A stretch of DNA of 64,000 bases from Takakia lepidozioides (GCA_030704615.1 CM060733.1:5332001-5396000); one strand, 5' to 3'; counted from the stretch's first letter, positions 40,508-54,080 are shown. Translations and numbers: made by a program. The notes: a model not told the origin generated them from the letters alone.

Positions 40508-43500
40508 CTAAGATGCCAATGATAAGTCTACGCCGTCATTATTGCCTGCTGTCATTGGGTTGCGCTTGATAATGTACTCAATGAAGAACACGGCCATAGG
40601 CACAGCAACCAACAGACCCCATACGCCGAGAGTGTGTTCTGTAAACACGAGCACACCTAGTGCCAAGATTGGATGCAGCTTCAGGTGAGCTGCAGTCACA
40701 AACCACATGATCCGTATCACACTTGGTATTAGACACTTCATATGGCTATCTAAAGGCGACCTCTGGCGAAAGAAAGAGACTTGGAAACCTAGGTATCGAT
40801 GTGCTAACTGCTAACAACGCCTTCTGCAAATGGCTGGATGCATAACGTAGCTTCATAAGGTTATGAACCTTAGGCTAATTACTGTGCGGCCACAGCACCT
40901 ACGTGCTCAGCTAGATGTCGGAAGGATGACCAATGACACCTAGTAGTTGTTTCTCTATCAAAAGACAGGCAGATGCAGACAAAAAAGCCTTCATGACAGC
41001 ACACACACCTGAGTAAATAGCAGGGTTGAGGATATAGGCCTCCACAGCATGAATGAGAATCACCATGAGTACCACCAAACACAACTGCAGTAGGCCCGAC
41101 CTTCAACTCACACCCACACCTCACAATTAGCCCAGACTTTCACCATTTTCGTCCATCCCATTATGCCGGGGAATTATGCATGAAATTCTACCTGTCTGCA
41201 AGTGGATGTATATATGCCAAACCATGTGGTCGCTCCAGTAACCCATCCAGGTACATGCAGCACATTTCATGGGTTGCCATATATGGTAGGTGTAAGCTAC
41301 CAACCACATTCCTGACATCGACTTGTCACTGGTCTAAAATTCAAGCACGGGAGTTATGCTGCCAAGCTCTCTCATCAGCTTCTCAGGCTTTCTTTAGATA
41401 CTATTAAGTTCCTTCTGCTCTTTTTCTTCCCTCTACTGTGTTGGTATACTGTCCCTTGGGCCCAAAATCCTTAGAAGGGAAGGATATATATGTAGCTTAA
41501 ACATGACCGCAAACATTATACATCTACACAGCAGACCAAGTTACGACCATTTGTGGAAGTTTTCTTCTCACTCAGCACCGACAGTATCAGCTCTTCAACT
41601 CTGGCATTCAAACGACTGCAAACTGTTCTGCACTCATCTATATAGCTCGAATGCATCAAAGGGGGTGAAATATCGAGAAACGGAGATGTATAACTTACTC
41701 TAAAAACGCAACAAGACCAATAGGAACGGTGGAGATGATGACACCTGCCACTGGCACAAAGGAGCAGAGAAACACAAACACGGACAGTAACCCCACCCCC
41801 GAGACCCTCAAGATAAGAAGACCCAATCCAGTCAGGGCAGTGTTCACCACAGCTATGGCACTCTGTGCCTGCAGTGCCTTGCCAAAAATACGACCAAACG
41901 TTGCAATCTGCATGCCATCATCAAAGACTATAATTATTTTCGTGTTTGTCAGAGAGTAAGCAAGAAAAAAGCAATTTGGTACATCTGCAGCAGGCAACCA
42001 GAACAACACAGTTGAACACAGAAACCAAAGTACGCCTCAAAACTCAAGCATCACAATGGGCAAATGCTTCATGCAGGTACGCCACCAAGCACTTCGGGAG
42101 AGAGGGAGACAGAAAGAAAGAAAAAGCTTTATGACAGTCATGGGGGGGTAAGCAGAGGACCCATGGGACACAGTACAACAATAAGAGAAACCACATCAAA
42201 ACCGCTATACTTGCCAGTGACTAGGCGCAAACCAACTGCAAAAATCTTCCAATGGATCAGGAGCCAGTAAAAATCATTACCGCGGGTGCAATTTCTTCAT
42301 AGAAAATGGACAGACGCGATTGCTTTAGCGACTGCAGACCTTGTCGGATTGCAGGCATGTCCCAGACAAGCATGAAGGAAAATATAAGGCTCACAGCACT
42401 CTGCAACCATCCGGAAACCACAGGGTTACCTCTTTGCTTGGGTATCTTGACTTCAATGTGGACCTTTGCCAGTCAAACAATCATGTGGGAATATGGCTAG
42501 GAAATTTCTATCCCATATATGGCACTCCAGAATGGCTGAATAAGTCAAAACTGGAATAAATCACATCTGGCAGCTTATCTGGTATGACAGAGTAATACAT
42601 TCAGTAATTTGGAGAGCATCTCTTCTGACCTGGAGAGCTGAAAGAAAAGTTCGTGATCACCTAGTGCTGCACTAAGGAGGAAGACCCGGCCTAAGCTTCA
42701 TCCTGTATTATTAATGTTGGAACTTAAGTCCACTGAGGCAATACAGGAGTAGACAATATTTTAGCCTGGAGCAAATGGGAGTAGAAGAGACGAACTCTGT
42801 CAGTAGTAGCAACAATGGCAGCTCTGAAGTGTACAGGGCGTCAAAAGTACTGCACTTTTTTCAGGTGTGAAGGCAGCAAACCCAGTTGGCTCCCTAAAGT
42901 TTAAAGACCATTGCATTTTCAAATCATAACCTGTAAAGACTGTACCACTGATTCATTGGCATCTAAGATGGGTGGTAGTCAGATAAGAACTGCACTCGAA
43001 CACGACCATTACTATACACATCAAGGTGCAGACCCAGATACCTGAGCCTCATCGAGTCTACAAAAGCCCTTGCAAGACCTGTCGGATGATTTTGGATTAG
43101 ATGTTTTCTGACTAGGGATAGCAAGCATGAACAGATCTGTGCTCTTGTCAGGTGTGGAGCTGCACACTCCAAGTTGTTGGCTCCCTAGATTTGGCAGGCC
43201 AGTAAAATTTCAAACCACAACCACTACGACAGTGCCACCATTGTAACCTACCTCTTCTGGCGTACATATCGATCTATATCTGGTTAAGGTAGTCAACATG
43301 TCATTGGATGAAAACTAGGGCTTATTACTTCACATAGTAAGGTTTCACAACCCAGACTCCAGCTTTTTGTCATGGTCCCCTCCTCCACCCAGACCACTGA
43401 ATCTGATGGTTTGACAATATCCAATCAATTCATCCCACTTGTAAGGACCATCGTAAACTTAGAATGACTGCATTCATCAACAGATACAAAATCTTAAGCC

Positions 43501-46500
43501 TTTGTAGAATAAGAAGTAGCTAGAGGGTTTGATCAGAGGCGCATAATCCTATATCTCAACCTCCCTTCCTCAACAGGGACAAAGGAACTGAAGTATGATG
43601 CCAAAATGTACCTGCAAGGCAAAACGACTTGTGGCTGAGATGAGAGTGGCCAGTGACACCACTGTAGCCCCAGAATATTCCTTGATCAATTGCTGGAGTG
43701 CCATTGACCTCTGTGTCCTGCTCCCCACAACGGATCCCTGAACCATGTGGCATCCCCAATGTCCCAATTTTACATACACTTATGTAGAATTTTCCTCAAG
43801 AGCTTTGACAACATAGCTTACATGACCATCAAGTTTAACATCAGATACAACAAATTGATATGAAATGGTGGGCAAACTGTAGAACCTACCATCACAACAG
43901 TATCGGGCTTGGTCACCACCAATAGAAAGCGCTCCAGCTGACAACCCAAATAAACATAGATATCCCCTTCAGAATTTGTCAGTTCCAAATCTTTATTGAA
44001 AACCTAGAATTGTAAAGATATCACAGGTTGAAACAGTCGCAAACCCAGGACTCTCCATAAAATTGTCAGTGCCAAGAAATACAACATAACATCAACATAA
44101 CCCTCGGAATTGAAAGAAGGGTCAGTCACAGTTAATAATCGACCCTGCTTAGTTGAGAATTTACCGGGGGTAGTCCTGACTAGAAATCCCAGATCCCATT
44201 ATCAGCAGGATGGTTTAATCACAAGTATATTTACTCGTCAAGATGTCATCCCAGGTAGTAGACTAATAACCTAGAGGGTCCCGGTGCAGCTGGATTAACT
44301 GTAAACCGTGACTACTCACATAGGCCTAGCAAATCTGGACCTAGGAATGGTTTAAGTGGCATAAGAACTAGCCACAATTTGAATGTTAAGAAAGAAAAAT
44401 ACGAGCACTGAGATTGATGGTGTACCATATCAGTCTAACGGCCAAAAATCAGATGGTACACAACTATGTTACTGAGCTGCCCAATGAACTAAAGAGACTC
44501 GGCTCAAAAACATACTTAGATAAAAGAGTCCCTCAAGACATGTACATGGGAGTGATAGATAATATAAAAACCTGATCAGTGACCTGCTCGCCCAATGAGT
44601 TTCGGAGCTTCTCTGAGAGCAGTGTGTACGGGTCCTCATTTTGCTGTGAACCAACCACAAAATTGTGATGTTTCAGACCTTCAGCAATATACAGCCCCAT
44701 ACCCGTCAAGTATCTACAAGAGTAAGCCAACTGCAAAAGCGCAATCCTCAAAATAACAAGGGGCCGCACAGAAGGAAAGTTAGTTTCTTTTCCGTGAAAT
44801 TATCAGCTTGGGCTTCTTAAACTTGGGCATCAAAGCATTACTAAACACTTCATATACATGCAAGCAAAAGCACAACCTTCCAATATGCACACCCAGCACT
44901 CCATGTGCTTTGTCAATACACTGTGAGGCCTGACCAGTCAATTAACCTACAGGATCCATTTCCTCTGTGAGTCCCATTCTTGGAGCCCAGTCCCCAAATG
45001 GTAACCCTATTACATAGTGTTTTCGTACATATATTGGTCCCTGATGATACTCTACTTCAAAAGTGTTTCAGAAAGAGTACTTCAACAGGACCAGATTCCA
45101 CAGTTCACATACCAAATGTGACAGCTCTGCAAGGGCACCAGGTTCAACACAAAAAACAAGGCTGACAAGTCTAGGGTCAAGTCCCCTGAATCACTTGCAC
45201 TAGCAACAAATAATCAGATAGTCTGAGTTCTCAAAAGATGTCTCACTTATCAGACCAGAAGATTATTCTGTGGGTGAGAATCAGCAGGTGACAAGAAAAC
45301 GTGCTTTGAAGCCAGGCATTTGACTTTAAAAAAATTTACGATTCAAGTATTGCTCAGTCTATTGCAAGTTTACAACTTAGTATGGTTAGCATTAGCAAAT
45401 GAAACTGCCTACCTCTGCAGTCAGTGTTCAGGCTCTATTTGGTAAATGTGGTTGGTTGCCTTCTGCCATTCCTCTCACCCGCCCTTGTTTGTGAGTGAAC
45501 TGTGCTCCGTGTCCTTTACCCAAAGGAACATTACAAAATCATTACCCACTGGACTCTTCCAGCGCCTTCAAGCATGACAAGAGCTAATCAGGACTTCTGA
45601 ATATGGAATCTCTCCTAAGTAAATAATCTCAGGGTTGCTGAATGGGAGGAACACAGGAAAGACGGCCCTTTTAGTCACCCACTGGGACCAAATTTACGGA
45701 AGTTATGAGGCGTTCTGAACCAAAATCGGTTCCCAAAATACCCAGTAAATTTCTATAATCACCATATAATTGTCCAAGGCTGAGACCTGCTTAAAAGAGA
45801 AGGTTCTGACCTGGATAAGTGAAATGACCTTAGCTCCTTCTTGGGTTAGGCGAGGTATATACATAATGCCAATGCCAACGAGCGCTGCAATTATAAATGC
45901 ATACATAGCCGCCACCACAATGCGGCGCCTGCCTGGCAAATAGTCCTCTGCCCATGCGACTAGTGAATTTCCAACTACCGACAACACAATCGTTCCCATT
46001 ATAATCTGTCCAGGCACCATCAATTTGTCAAAACATTCAGTCTGGTAAGTTTGCAGTAGGTGCCCTAGCTTACTTTTGATAGAAGATTGGACTGCAAACC
46101 TGCAAAGAGCTTGAGAGAAAAACATGATGGAGAATGCATAGTGGGATCCCAGTCTTTGCCGTGTTTATACAGGACCACCACTTCCCAAAGACCTCTTTTC
46201 AAGTTTTCCTAGCTAACAAACTAGATGTGCCACTTGATTCCAAAGCCATGATATCTTTCCCACATAAGGCTAGAAGCCTGTTTGAAGTAGTTGAAAGGAG
46301 GCAATGATGGCAGCTCTGAGTGCACTTCCAGTGACATAGGAAATTTACATGACTCGGCAGAACTGTACTTTTCAGAATCAGGACGCAGGAAGGAGATTGA
46401 ACCTACCCCTACAAAATCACGCAGCTGAAACATGGTGATGACAACCGCAGTCCAGACGGCCAAGCGCTGGAAGGGAACTTGTCTCAACAGAGATCCCAGG

Positions 46501-48071
46501 TTCAATATGACATATGGATCTGGTCTAATGCCATGCATGGAGCCCATATTTGACTCTGCAAATCCGCCCCCCACCATTGCTTGGGCAGTGGTAGGCAGGC
46601 CTGCTGTCTCAATAGCACTGTCCCAAGCTGCAAAACGTTTGGACTGGCGCTGCCCTGGATGCCGTGATCTAAACCCAGGCTTCTCCAAACCATCATTTCC
46701 ATTGCCTCGTCCCAGCTCATCTGTTGTTGGTTGTTGCTGCCCAGATTCATACTGGTCACTCCCAAGAAAACAACATTTTAGGAATTACACTGTGCTAATT
46801 GGCTGTTCTGCTGCAGAAAAATGGATTGTAGACGTGCTGCAAGGCAGAAACTCCCATGGAGCACACTAATCCTTGTACAAACCTAAGGAAACATATGGCA
46901 AACTCTTTGACAATGACAGTGGTGGTCCATGTAGCTCTCCATGGCATGCACATACTTGCTCGGACAACAGTCACCCCTCTTATGACAGTTTCACTCATAG
47001 GAGAATAAGTGCTGGAAAATCTGATCCAACTTTGCAGAAATTTAGCAAACTAGAGGGCAGACAGGAAAAGGTTATCACACAGCTGATGTGACATATTGGC
47101 TGTCAGCTCTCATCACTCTAATGTCCCTGAAGCAGAAAAGAAACAGGTTCCGTAAGGCATTGGATTATGCTGTGCATTAGGTGTTATTCCTCTAAAGGTT
47201 TGTGCTTGACCTAGTTGCATGGACATTTAAACTCAACTGGCAAACCTAGTCTTTAGAGAATTCTTTAGGCCACATCTTCCTTGTTCATCTCGACATATGT
47301 GGACTGACAATCATGTGGTGTCAAGATGTGGTACTTGGACACCAAAATTAGCCTTTGAAACGAATGTAGCACAGACGAATTTTAAATCATGGTTATTGAA
47401 GACATATAAAATAGCTTCCAGCTCTCCATTCTTCACCATTATCCCTAGCCCTGATCATCCAACTACACCGTTCTCGAATCCTTAGGGACCAGCTAGGGCC
47501 CTCCTTCAGATCAAAAAGTGAGCGTTGCTGCAATGTTCACGTATCTTTGTCAGAGACCGAGATAGAGGAACACGCACTTATTCCCTTGCGGTCAGTTGAT
47601 GATTTGACATACATTGCGTACCTCAAGGTTGCAAATGACACAATAATACAGGAGTAACTGATGCATCCCTCTCTTCTCGAATCCTTGGACATGTCATGAT
47701 GTGCACATTCAACTGACAAATTTTGGTTGGTGTGACATGGCCTTGCTTATCATTACAGCTTTTAGTATACCATCACACCAACAGCAGCTGGTAGGATTGT
47801 GAAATAATGTGATCACAAGGTGGTGATAGAGCACTTCCATAACTCGGTACCTAAACCTCCAATCTGCACAATCAAACAAAAAATCTACAGTGGATACCTG
47901 ACTGTAGCAAGATGTGCACACCGACAGTCTGTGGACAGACGATCGGTGGCGGCGCAACGCGCGCACCGAAACGTGAGATCCAAGCCTATGGCGCACTTTA
48001 CGCGAGCACGAGTAGGAGACACGAGAAAACGATGATGAAGTGGGACAAACTGGCGCCCCTGCCATCGCCAT
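40508..48071 (-). CDS. AI-2E family (PerM/UPF0118, YdbI-like) membrane transporter with probable organellar transit peptide, ~520 aa; exons 48071-47898, 46751-46407, 46005-45811, 44643-44572, 43937-43890, 43737-43612, 42400-42281, 41907-41699, 41100-41009, 40689-40508
   Basis: SLIFSFMLVWD, FGRIFGKALQAQSAIAVVNTALT, FLCSFVPVAGVIISTVPI, IHAVEAYILNPAIYSAHLKLHP, EHTLGVWGLLVAVP. All junctions GT-AG and phase-consistent. Exon 1 and the exon 2 start are the least certain parts. Confidence 0.88.
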
Positions 48072-48437
48072 CTTTCCCTCCTTGGATCCCTCCCTCCTCC
48101 CCCTCTCTTCTCCCTCCGGCCCTGGAGCTTCAATGCCCCCCTTCCTTCCTCATGGCCGGAGGATCCATGATCAAACCTCCAGCTCGATGCTTGATTGGTA
48201 TAGCAGAATCTTCTCTCAAGTTGTTCTGCAAGCTCAAGCTCAAGCCCGTACATCCAGAGCACCGTCGGTGAGGAGACTTAGAGACAGCGAGAGCAGCGTT
48301 GCGTGGTGCAAGGCTAGACGAAGAAAATGCAGCTGATAATCTCTCTCCCTTTTCGTATTTCAGTCCCATCCATCCATCCATCCAGCCCGTGACACTTCTT
48401 CTTCATGATCGGAATCCCTCTTTTTCTCCTCTCACTA

Positions 48438-48735
48438 CCGTACTTACCTAGCTTATTAGGCACTTCCGCGCCTAGTAATTAATAAAAATAGAATATTATT
48501 AGACAGATTCGTTTTTATTATCTAGGCACCTCACCTAAGTAATTTCCCAAACATTAAGCATGTATTACAGTCGAGGTAAAAAAAAAATTTAAAACATTAT
48601 GGTTTTGAGAATCGATTCCAGCAATTAGGCACTTCTTAGGAAATTTTTCCAAATTTTAGGCACATTTTTCAAAAATGTTCTAAATTTAATTAGGCACTTG
48701 ATTTTGAATTAATTAAATAAGCTAGGTAAGTACAG
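48438..48735. mobile_element. MITE (Tc1/mariner-like) upstream of the AI-2E gene
   Basis: 20-bp TIRs CCGTACTTACCTAGCTTATT / AATAAGCTAGGTAAGTACAG (1 mismatch), flanked by TA on both sides, AT-rich interior. Confidence 0.85.
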
Positions 48736-48861
48736 TAGTCCACACATCTATCCCCAGGTCTTGGTAAGTAATAAGGGGCAAGGTTTGAAAGGGGGTGTGG
48801 GGATTAGAGAGTGGTCCAGGAATTATGAAGCGGGAGTTATAGTAGGAGTTCAATTAATAAC

Positions 48862-49172
48862 TGTCATGGTGGGGGGGGGGGCAAAAGGCAGGAAGGTAAG
48901 ACCTATTAAATAGGGGATGGTTCATATTTAGATTGGGGTAAGCCGGCATAGTGGTTTCTAGGAGTGACGTGTGTTAGGGCAGCCTTCTAGAAGGTCCCAC
49001 CGCTTGAGGGGGTGGGCGGCCTTCTAGAAGGGTCCCAACGCCCATGAGGGCATACAAAGAGAGCCGGGGCTCTCTTCCCCTGCATCTTACTATCTATTCT
49101 TACTATTTACTACTTACTAGTACCTAGGGGGCTCTGCACACAGGGCCCCAAAAAAAAATGCAAACCATGACA
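48862..49172. mobile_element. Possible isolated LTR
   Basis: TGTCATGGT...ACCATGACA 9-bp terminal inverted repeat (TG..CA) with LTR-like CTTCTAGAAGG repeats. No TSD found. Confidence 0.45.
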
Positions 49173-49339
49173 TTATAAATTAATAGAAGTAGAGGTAATG
49201 ATGAATAACCCCCGGTTAAGTAATAATCTGTTCTGCATTCTCTTAGTCATCGGCGCAACTGTCCTAGCACCAAAGTATTCCTAGTCTGATTACAGGGAAT
49301 AAAATAGCAGCCGCATCCGTAAACGAGGCCGGCAATCCA

Positions 49340-49945
49340 CAAAGATAAAGATAAAGATAAAGTTTCTTTAACGTCCAGTGAATTTACAGAGCCTACTGCT
49401 CAGCTCAACACAGAGGCCATCGAGGGCCCAATGGACGGTCTGAAGGCACATGTTGAAGGATTGAACCCAGGATCACCTAGGTTATGCACAGGCAAGGTAC
49501 AAACACCCAACCATTGGGCTATCTGCTCAAGTGCGCAAATCCACAAAGAAAGGGATTCCTGCCGAATATTTCTCATCATAGCACTGACGAGACTTACAAT
49601 TGACCATTACTGGCACATGTCGGTATAGATTACACTATATTGTTACAGCGGAAAGAGAGATAAAAGATAAACTTAGTTTCTTTAATGTCCAGTGAATTTA
49701 CAGAACCTACTGCTCAACATGCACAGAAAGAGAGAGAGAGAGGACCAGCGGAAAGGCAACATAAATAATAGTCACTTCCCTTTAGGAGGTAGGAAGGATG
49801 ACGCCTCCCCAAGGAAGTGTAAATTATGGTGTCTCTTTGTTCATCCCAAGGAACTACTGCCTTCCGTTGGAAGGTTGACACTTTGAACCATAGACACCAA
49901 GGTTATGCACAGGCAAGGCAAAAACTCCCAACCGCGGGCTACCTA
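49340..49945 (-). mobile_element. Cluster of tRNA-derived SINE copies and fragments
   Basis: Copy 1 (~49530-49340): A box TAGCCCAATGG, B box GGTTCAATCC and (CTTTAT)n tail. Duplicated tail at ~49655-49720. Second head at ~49945-49885. Confidence 0.65.
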
Positions 49946-50308
49946 CTATAGTGTAGGTAGAGCTAATGAGACAAAATTGCTTGTGTCCAATCCAAACCAA
50001 GCTAGTCCATTCATATGAAGTGTTAGAAAGTGTTTGATGATTGGTAATTAGATTGAATCATAATGTCATATTTAATATATGTCTATCAACACTCTTGACA
50101 TTTGCTTTGTCATTTCAACAATTGTATTTTGTGAATGACTTTGCAATGAAGATGAAGGTGTACAAATGGATTGTATGTTCTTTTTAGCAAGATCAAAAAC
50201 ATGCAGTTAGCGAGAGAATTGCACTCGGATAAATTCCACTCATTACAATCCGATCAAAATCAATGTAAACAGAAAAGCTTCCTCCCAAACTTGTGTAAGT
50301 TATATATA

Positions 50309-50906
50309 GGGTAGCGCCCTGGGTGGAGGGCATTCCCAGATTTAAGGGCCTCATGCTGAGGGCAGTAGCCCCAGGGGAAGGCCCAGGGAATGCCCGACAC
50401 GAGGGGTGTCAAGTCATTTTACCACTAGTGTGAAACTAGCTAGGAAATAGCTAGCTTTTACATATTGACATTTGGGATTGGCCCAAGTGTCAACCCAGGG
50501 GTCAAGGCATATTCAGGCCCTGGAGTGGTTATCTTCACGGCAAGCGCGGGAGGCTCATCTTTCTCGAGTTGAGCCTCACCGCGCCTAGCTATGGCGTCGT
50601 AGTGTGGATTCCCCATGGCGTGGGGTGCACTTGGCTTGACTTGTATTTGAGTGATGAGGTTATATATGCATGAATTTATGCTTCAGATTTGTGTGCTCGT
50701 GCTTGTATTCTTCTTCGTTGTGTGGACTAGTGACTGCCATAGTGGGCAGCATAGTGGCAGCCTAGTGACTGACTAGTTGTAGCCTAGTGGTTGGACTAGT
50801 GGTGAACTAGTGATATACTAGTGTGTGGCATGCACATGTGTTGTGTGGTTTTGGACAGCGATGTAGTTGTGTAGCGATATGTATGCGCACGACAGGGGCG
50901 TTACCC
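50309..50906. mobile_element. Small fold-back MITE (~110 bp when empty) interrupted by a solo LTR
   Basis: TA|GGGTAGCGCCC...GGGCATTCCC // GGGAATGCCC...GGGCGTTACCC|TA nested inverted repeats. Confidence 0.7.
50407..50894 (+). mobile_element. Solo LTR related to the DNMT-carrying gypsy family
   Basis: TGTCAAG...GCACGACA flanked by GGGG on both sides. Colinear with the reverse complement of 56169-56602 (e.g. CTCATCT.TCTCGAGTTGAGCCT; TTTGGACAGCGATGTAGTTGTGTAGCGATA.GTATGCGCACGACA). Confidence 0.85.
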
Positions 50907-52649
50907 TACGTAAAGAAATGCCAAAAAAATTTAAAAGAAAATCTAATGACAGATGCATACTGCATTTCGGAATGCACTCGATGGAGCTGATAGGGTGCAT
51001 TCCGTCGGGTGGAATGCACCTTGATGAATTCTGCTTTTTAACGGTACGATAAATACAAACAAAAGTTTTTGGCAATGCTTTGCGGTGTCATTACATCCTG
51101 AATGGATATTGCCAGGTTCGAGTTGTTTTGTAGCACTTGTGTTTTCATGAGAAGCGGTTCAGCCTAGAGTGCAGGGATCCGTGCATGAGCCTATCCAAAG
51201 TGGATAGAGTGCAAAGGCGAACAGGTTGCAGGTTTGCAATGGATAGAGAGGCGGGTAGCCTATGTTGAAGAGCGGCGTTGCATAGCTCAACGCTATGGCA
51301 ACCAAGTTTGGGCTTCTAGTGTGAAGCGGGGGAGATGTTGGTCTCGAGTGGGTGAACTGGTGGTCGTCTTCTTCAGCTGCAGGCCAAGTTAAGGAGCTGC
51401 AGCAATGTGGAGCTGCGAGGGTGTTAGATGTAAGTCACAGTTATCGGGAGCTCCAACTTCAAGCTCATAAGGAGGTATGAGTGAAGAGAGATGGCTGATT
51501 TCTCTTGTATGCAAGCCAATGCATTTGTGGCTATGTTGAGTTGGGGGTTTCAATCTGAAACTCCAGCGGTATGAGGGCTCTTGCCATGGCAAGAGCGGGG
51601 CTGGAACAGGAGCTAAGAGGTGCGGCAAGGCCATGAAATATGCACCTAGGGTTTCAGAGCTTGGAAGAAAAGTTCTTGCACCACAAGAGGAGTGTCTTGT
51701 GGCTGGAAATGTAAGCCTTAGGGTTTCAGGAGCTTGGCAAGGGCTGTGGAGTGCTTAGTCTTGTCTTAGAGAGCATCAAGGAGCCAAGGAGCCAAGATAG
51801 GGGCTGATATCTCTTGTGTGAAGAGGTTGCATGTATGGAGCATGTATTTAGCTCATTGAAGCTTCCATCTTCAAGCTTGGAGGGCAAGCAAGGAAGAGGG
51901 AAGGGCTGACTTCCCTTATGTGAGGGCAATGCATGTGTGGAGCATGCTATCAGCCTGGTGAAGGCTTGCACTTTCAGGTGTGGGAGTGCAAGAAAGGAAG
52001 GAAGGGGCTGGTTTCCCTATAGGGCATGTGGAGCATGCTTTCAGCCTGCTGAAGCTTGTATTTTCAGGTTTGTGGGTGCAAGAAATGAAGCAAAGGAGCT
52101 GATTCTCTTATGGTGAGAGTGGGGCATGTGTGGAGCATGCCTTCAGCCCATTGAGGCTCTTGTTTTCAAGCTTTAGAGAGCTAGAACGACGGAAGGTCTA
52201 GGGCTGGTTTCCACTTGGAGTGAAAGAAAAGACTTGTAGGGCCTATGTGAGTTGGGGTTTCAACTTCAAGCTTGAAGGGAGCGCAACTCTTGAAGCAGCA
52301 GGTGTAGGGGGCTGGAATAGGCTCTAAGACAGATGCTATGGCCAAGGAGAGTGCTTGAATGAGTGCTCACAAGGGCTAGGAACCAGCAGGGCTTGGTTGT
52401 TTGCCATTGAGTTTAGTGGCGTGTTTGGGGAGGCTAAGTGAGAAAGAAGGCTTGGTTTGTGGCAATCACCTCATGGCTTAGGGCTACTATGGTGGTGTGT
52501 GGGAGCCGAAAGAGCAAGAATACCTTGCTGATTTCCTCACAGCCGCCATAGCTCGGTGGAAAGAAGCCTAGAGTCCAAGAGACACAAACCCTAGCTTGGC
52601 GTGGCTAAACCCCTTGGAGAAATGACTAAACTGCCAGAGCGGCCATGGA

Positions 52650-54080
52650 TGGGGCTGTGACGGGCCGTCCCTGTGGCCTTGGGGGCTGTGAGGGGCTGTG
52701 AGGGGCTGTGCCGGGCTGCGCCGGTGGCCTTCGGGGCTGTGAGGGCCTGTGAGGGCCTGTGCCGGTGGCCTTCAGGGCTGTGACGGGCTGTGAGGGCCTG
52801 TGACGGGCTGCGCCAGGGGCCTTGGGGGCTGTGATGGGCTGTGAGGGGCTGTGCCAGTGGCCTTTTGGGGCTGTGATGGGCTGTGAGGGGCTGTCATGGG
52901 CTGCGCCCCTGGCCTTTGGGGCTGTGACGGGCTGTGAGAGGCTGTGACAGGCTGTGCCCGTGGCCTTTGGGGCTGTGATGGGTTGTGAGGGGCTGTGACA
53001 GGCCGTGCCTGAGGCCTTTGGGGTTGTGACGGGCTGTGACGGGCTGTGACGGGCCGTGCCTGAGGCCTTTGGGGCTGTGACGGGCTGTCAGGGGCTGTGT
53101 CAGGCCGTGCCTGAGGCCTTTGGGGCTGTGAGGGGCTATGACAGGCTGTGGCGGGCTGTGATAGGCTGTGCCCAGTGGCCTGTGGGGATGTGACGGGTTG
53201 TGAGGGGCTTGACAGGCTGTGCCCCGTGGCCTGTGGGGCTGTGACGGGCTATAAGGGGCTGTGACAGGTTGTACCCTGTGGCCTGTGGGGCTGTGACGGG
53301 CTACAAGGGGCTGTGACAGGCTGTGGCCTGTGGCCTGTGGGGCTGTGACGGGCTGTGCCTAGTGGCCTGTGGGGCTGTGACGGGCTGTGCAGGGCTGTGA
53401 CGGGCTATAAGGGGCTGTGACAGGTTGTACCCTGTGGCCTGTGGGGCTGTGACGGGCTACAAGGGGCTGTGACAGGCTGTGGCCTGTGGCCTGTGGGGCT
53501 GTGACGGGCTGTGCCTAGTGGCCTGTGGGGCTGTGACGGGCTGTGCAGGGCTGTGATAGGTTGTGGCGAGCTGTGACAGGCTGTGGCTGTGACAGGCTTG
53601 TGGGGCTGTGATAGGCTGTGGCCAGGTGTGACAGGCTGTGATGGGCTGTGGCGGGCTGTGACAGGCTGTGCCCTGTGGCCTGTGGGGCTGTGACGGGCTG
53701 TGAGGGGCTTGACAGGCTGTGCCCAGTGGCCTGTGGGGCTGTGACGGGCTGTGAGGGGCTTGACAGGTTGTGCCCTGTGGCCTGTGGGGCTGTGACGGGA
53801 TGTGACAGGCTGTGGCGAGCTGTGATGGGTGGCGAGCTGTGACAGGCTGTGCCTGTGGCCTGTGGGGCTGTGACGGGCTGTGACAGGCTGTGCCTAGTGG
53901 CCTGTGGGGCTGTGACGGGCTGTGAGGGGCTGTGACAGGATGTGCCCTGTGGCCTGTGGGGCTGTGACGGGCTGTGAGGGGCTGTGGCCTTTGGGGCTGT
54001 GACCCCTGTGACCTGTGTCGGGCTGTGACAGGCTGTGCCCTATGGCCTATGGGGCTGTGAGGTGCTGTGGTGGCCCGTGT
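52650..54080. repeat. G-rich minisatellite: GGGCTGTGAC-type decamers in ~40-50-bp higher-order units
   Basis: Directly visible, e.g. GGGGCTGTGACGGGCTGTGAGGGGCTGTGACAGGCTGTGCCCTGTGGCCTGT. Confidence 0.95.

Noticed and set aside
50407-50894. 5' LTR of the plus-strand gag element
   Set aside because: No PBS follows it. It is flanked by GGGG on both sides and by the two arms of a MITE, so a solo LTR fits better.
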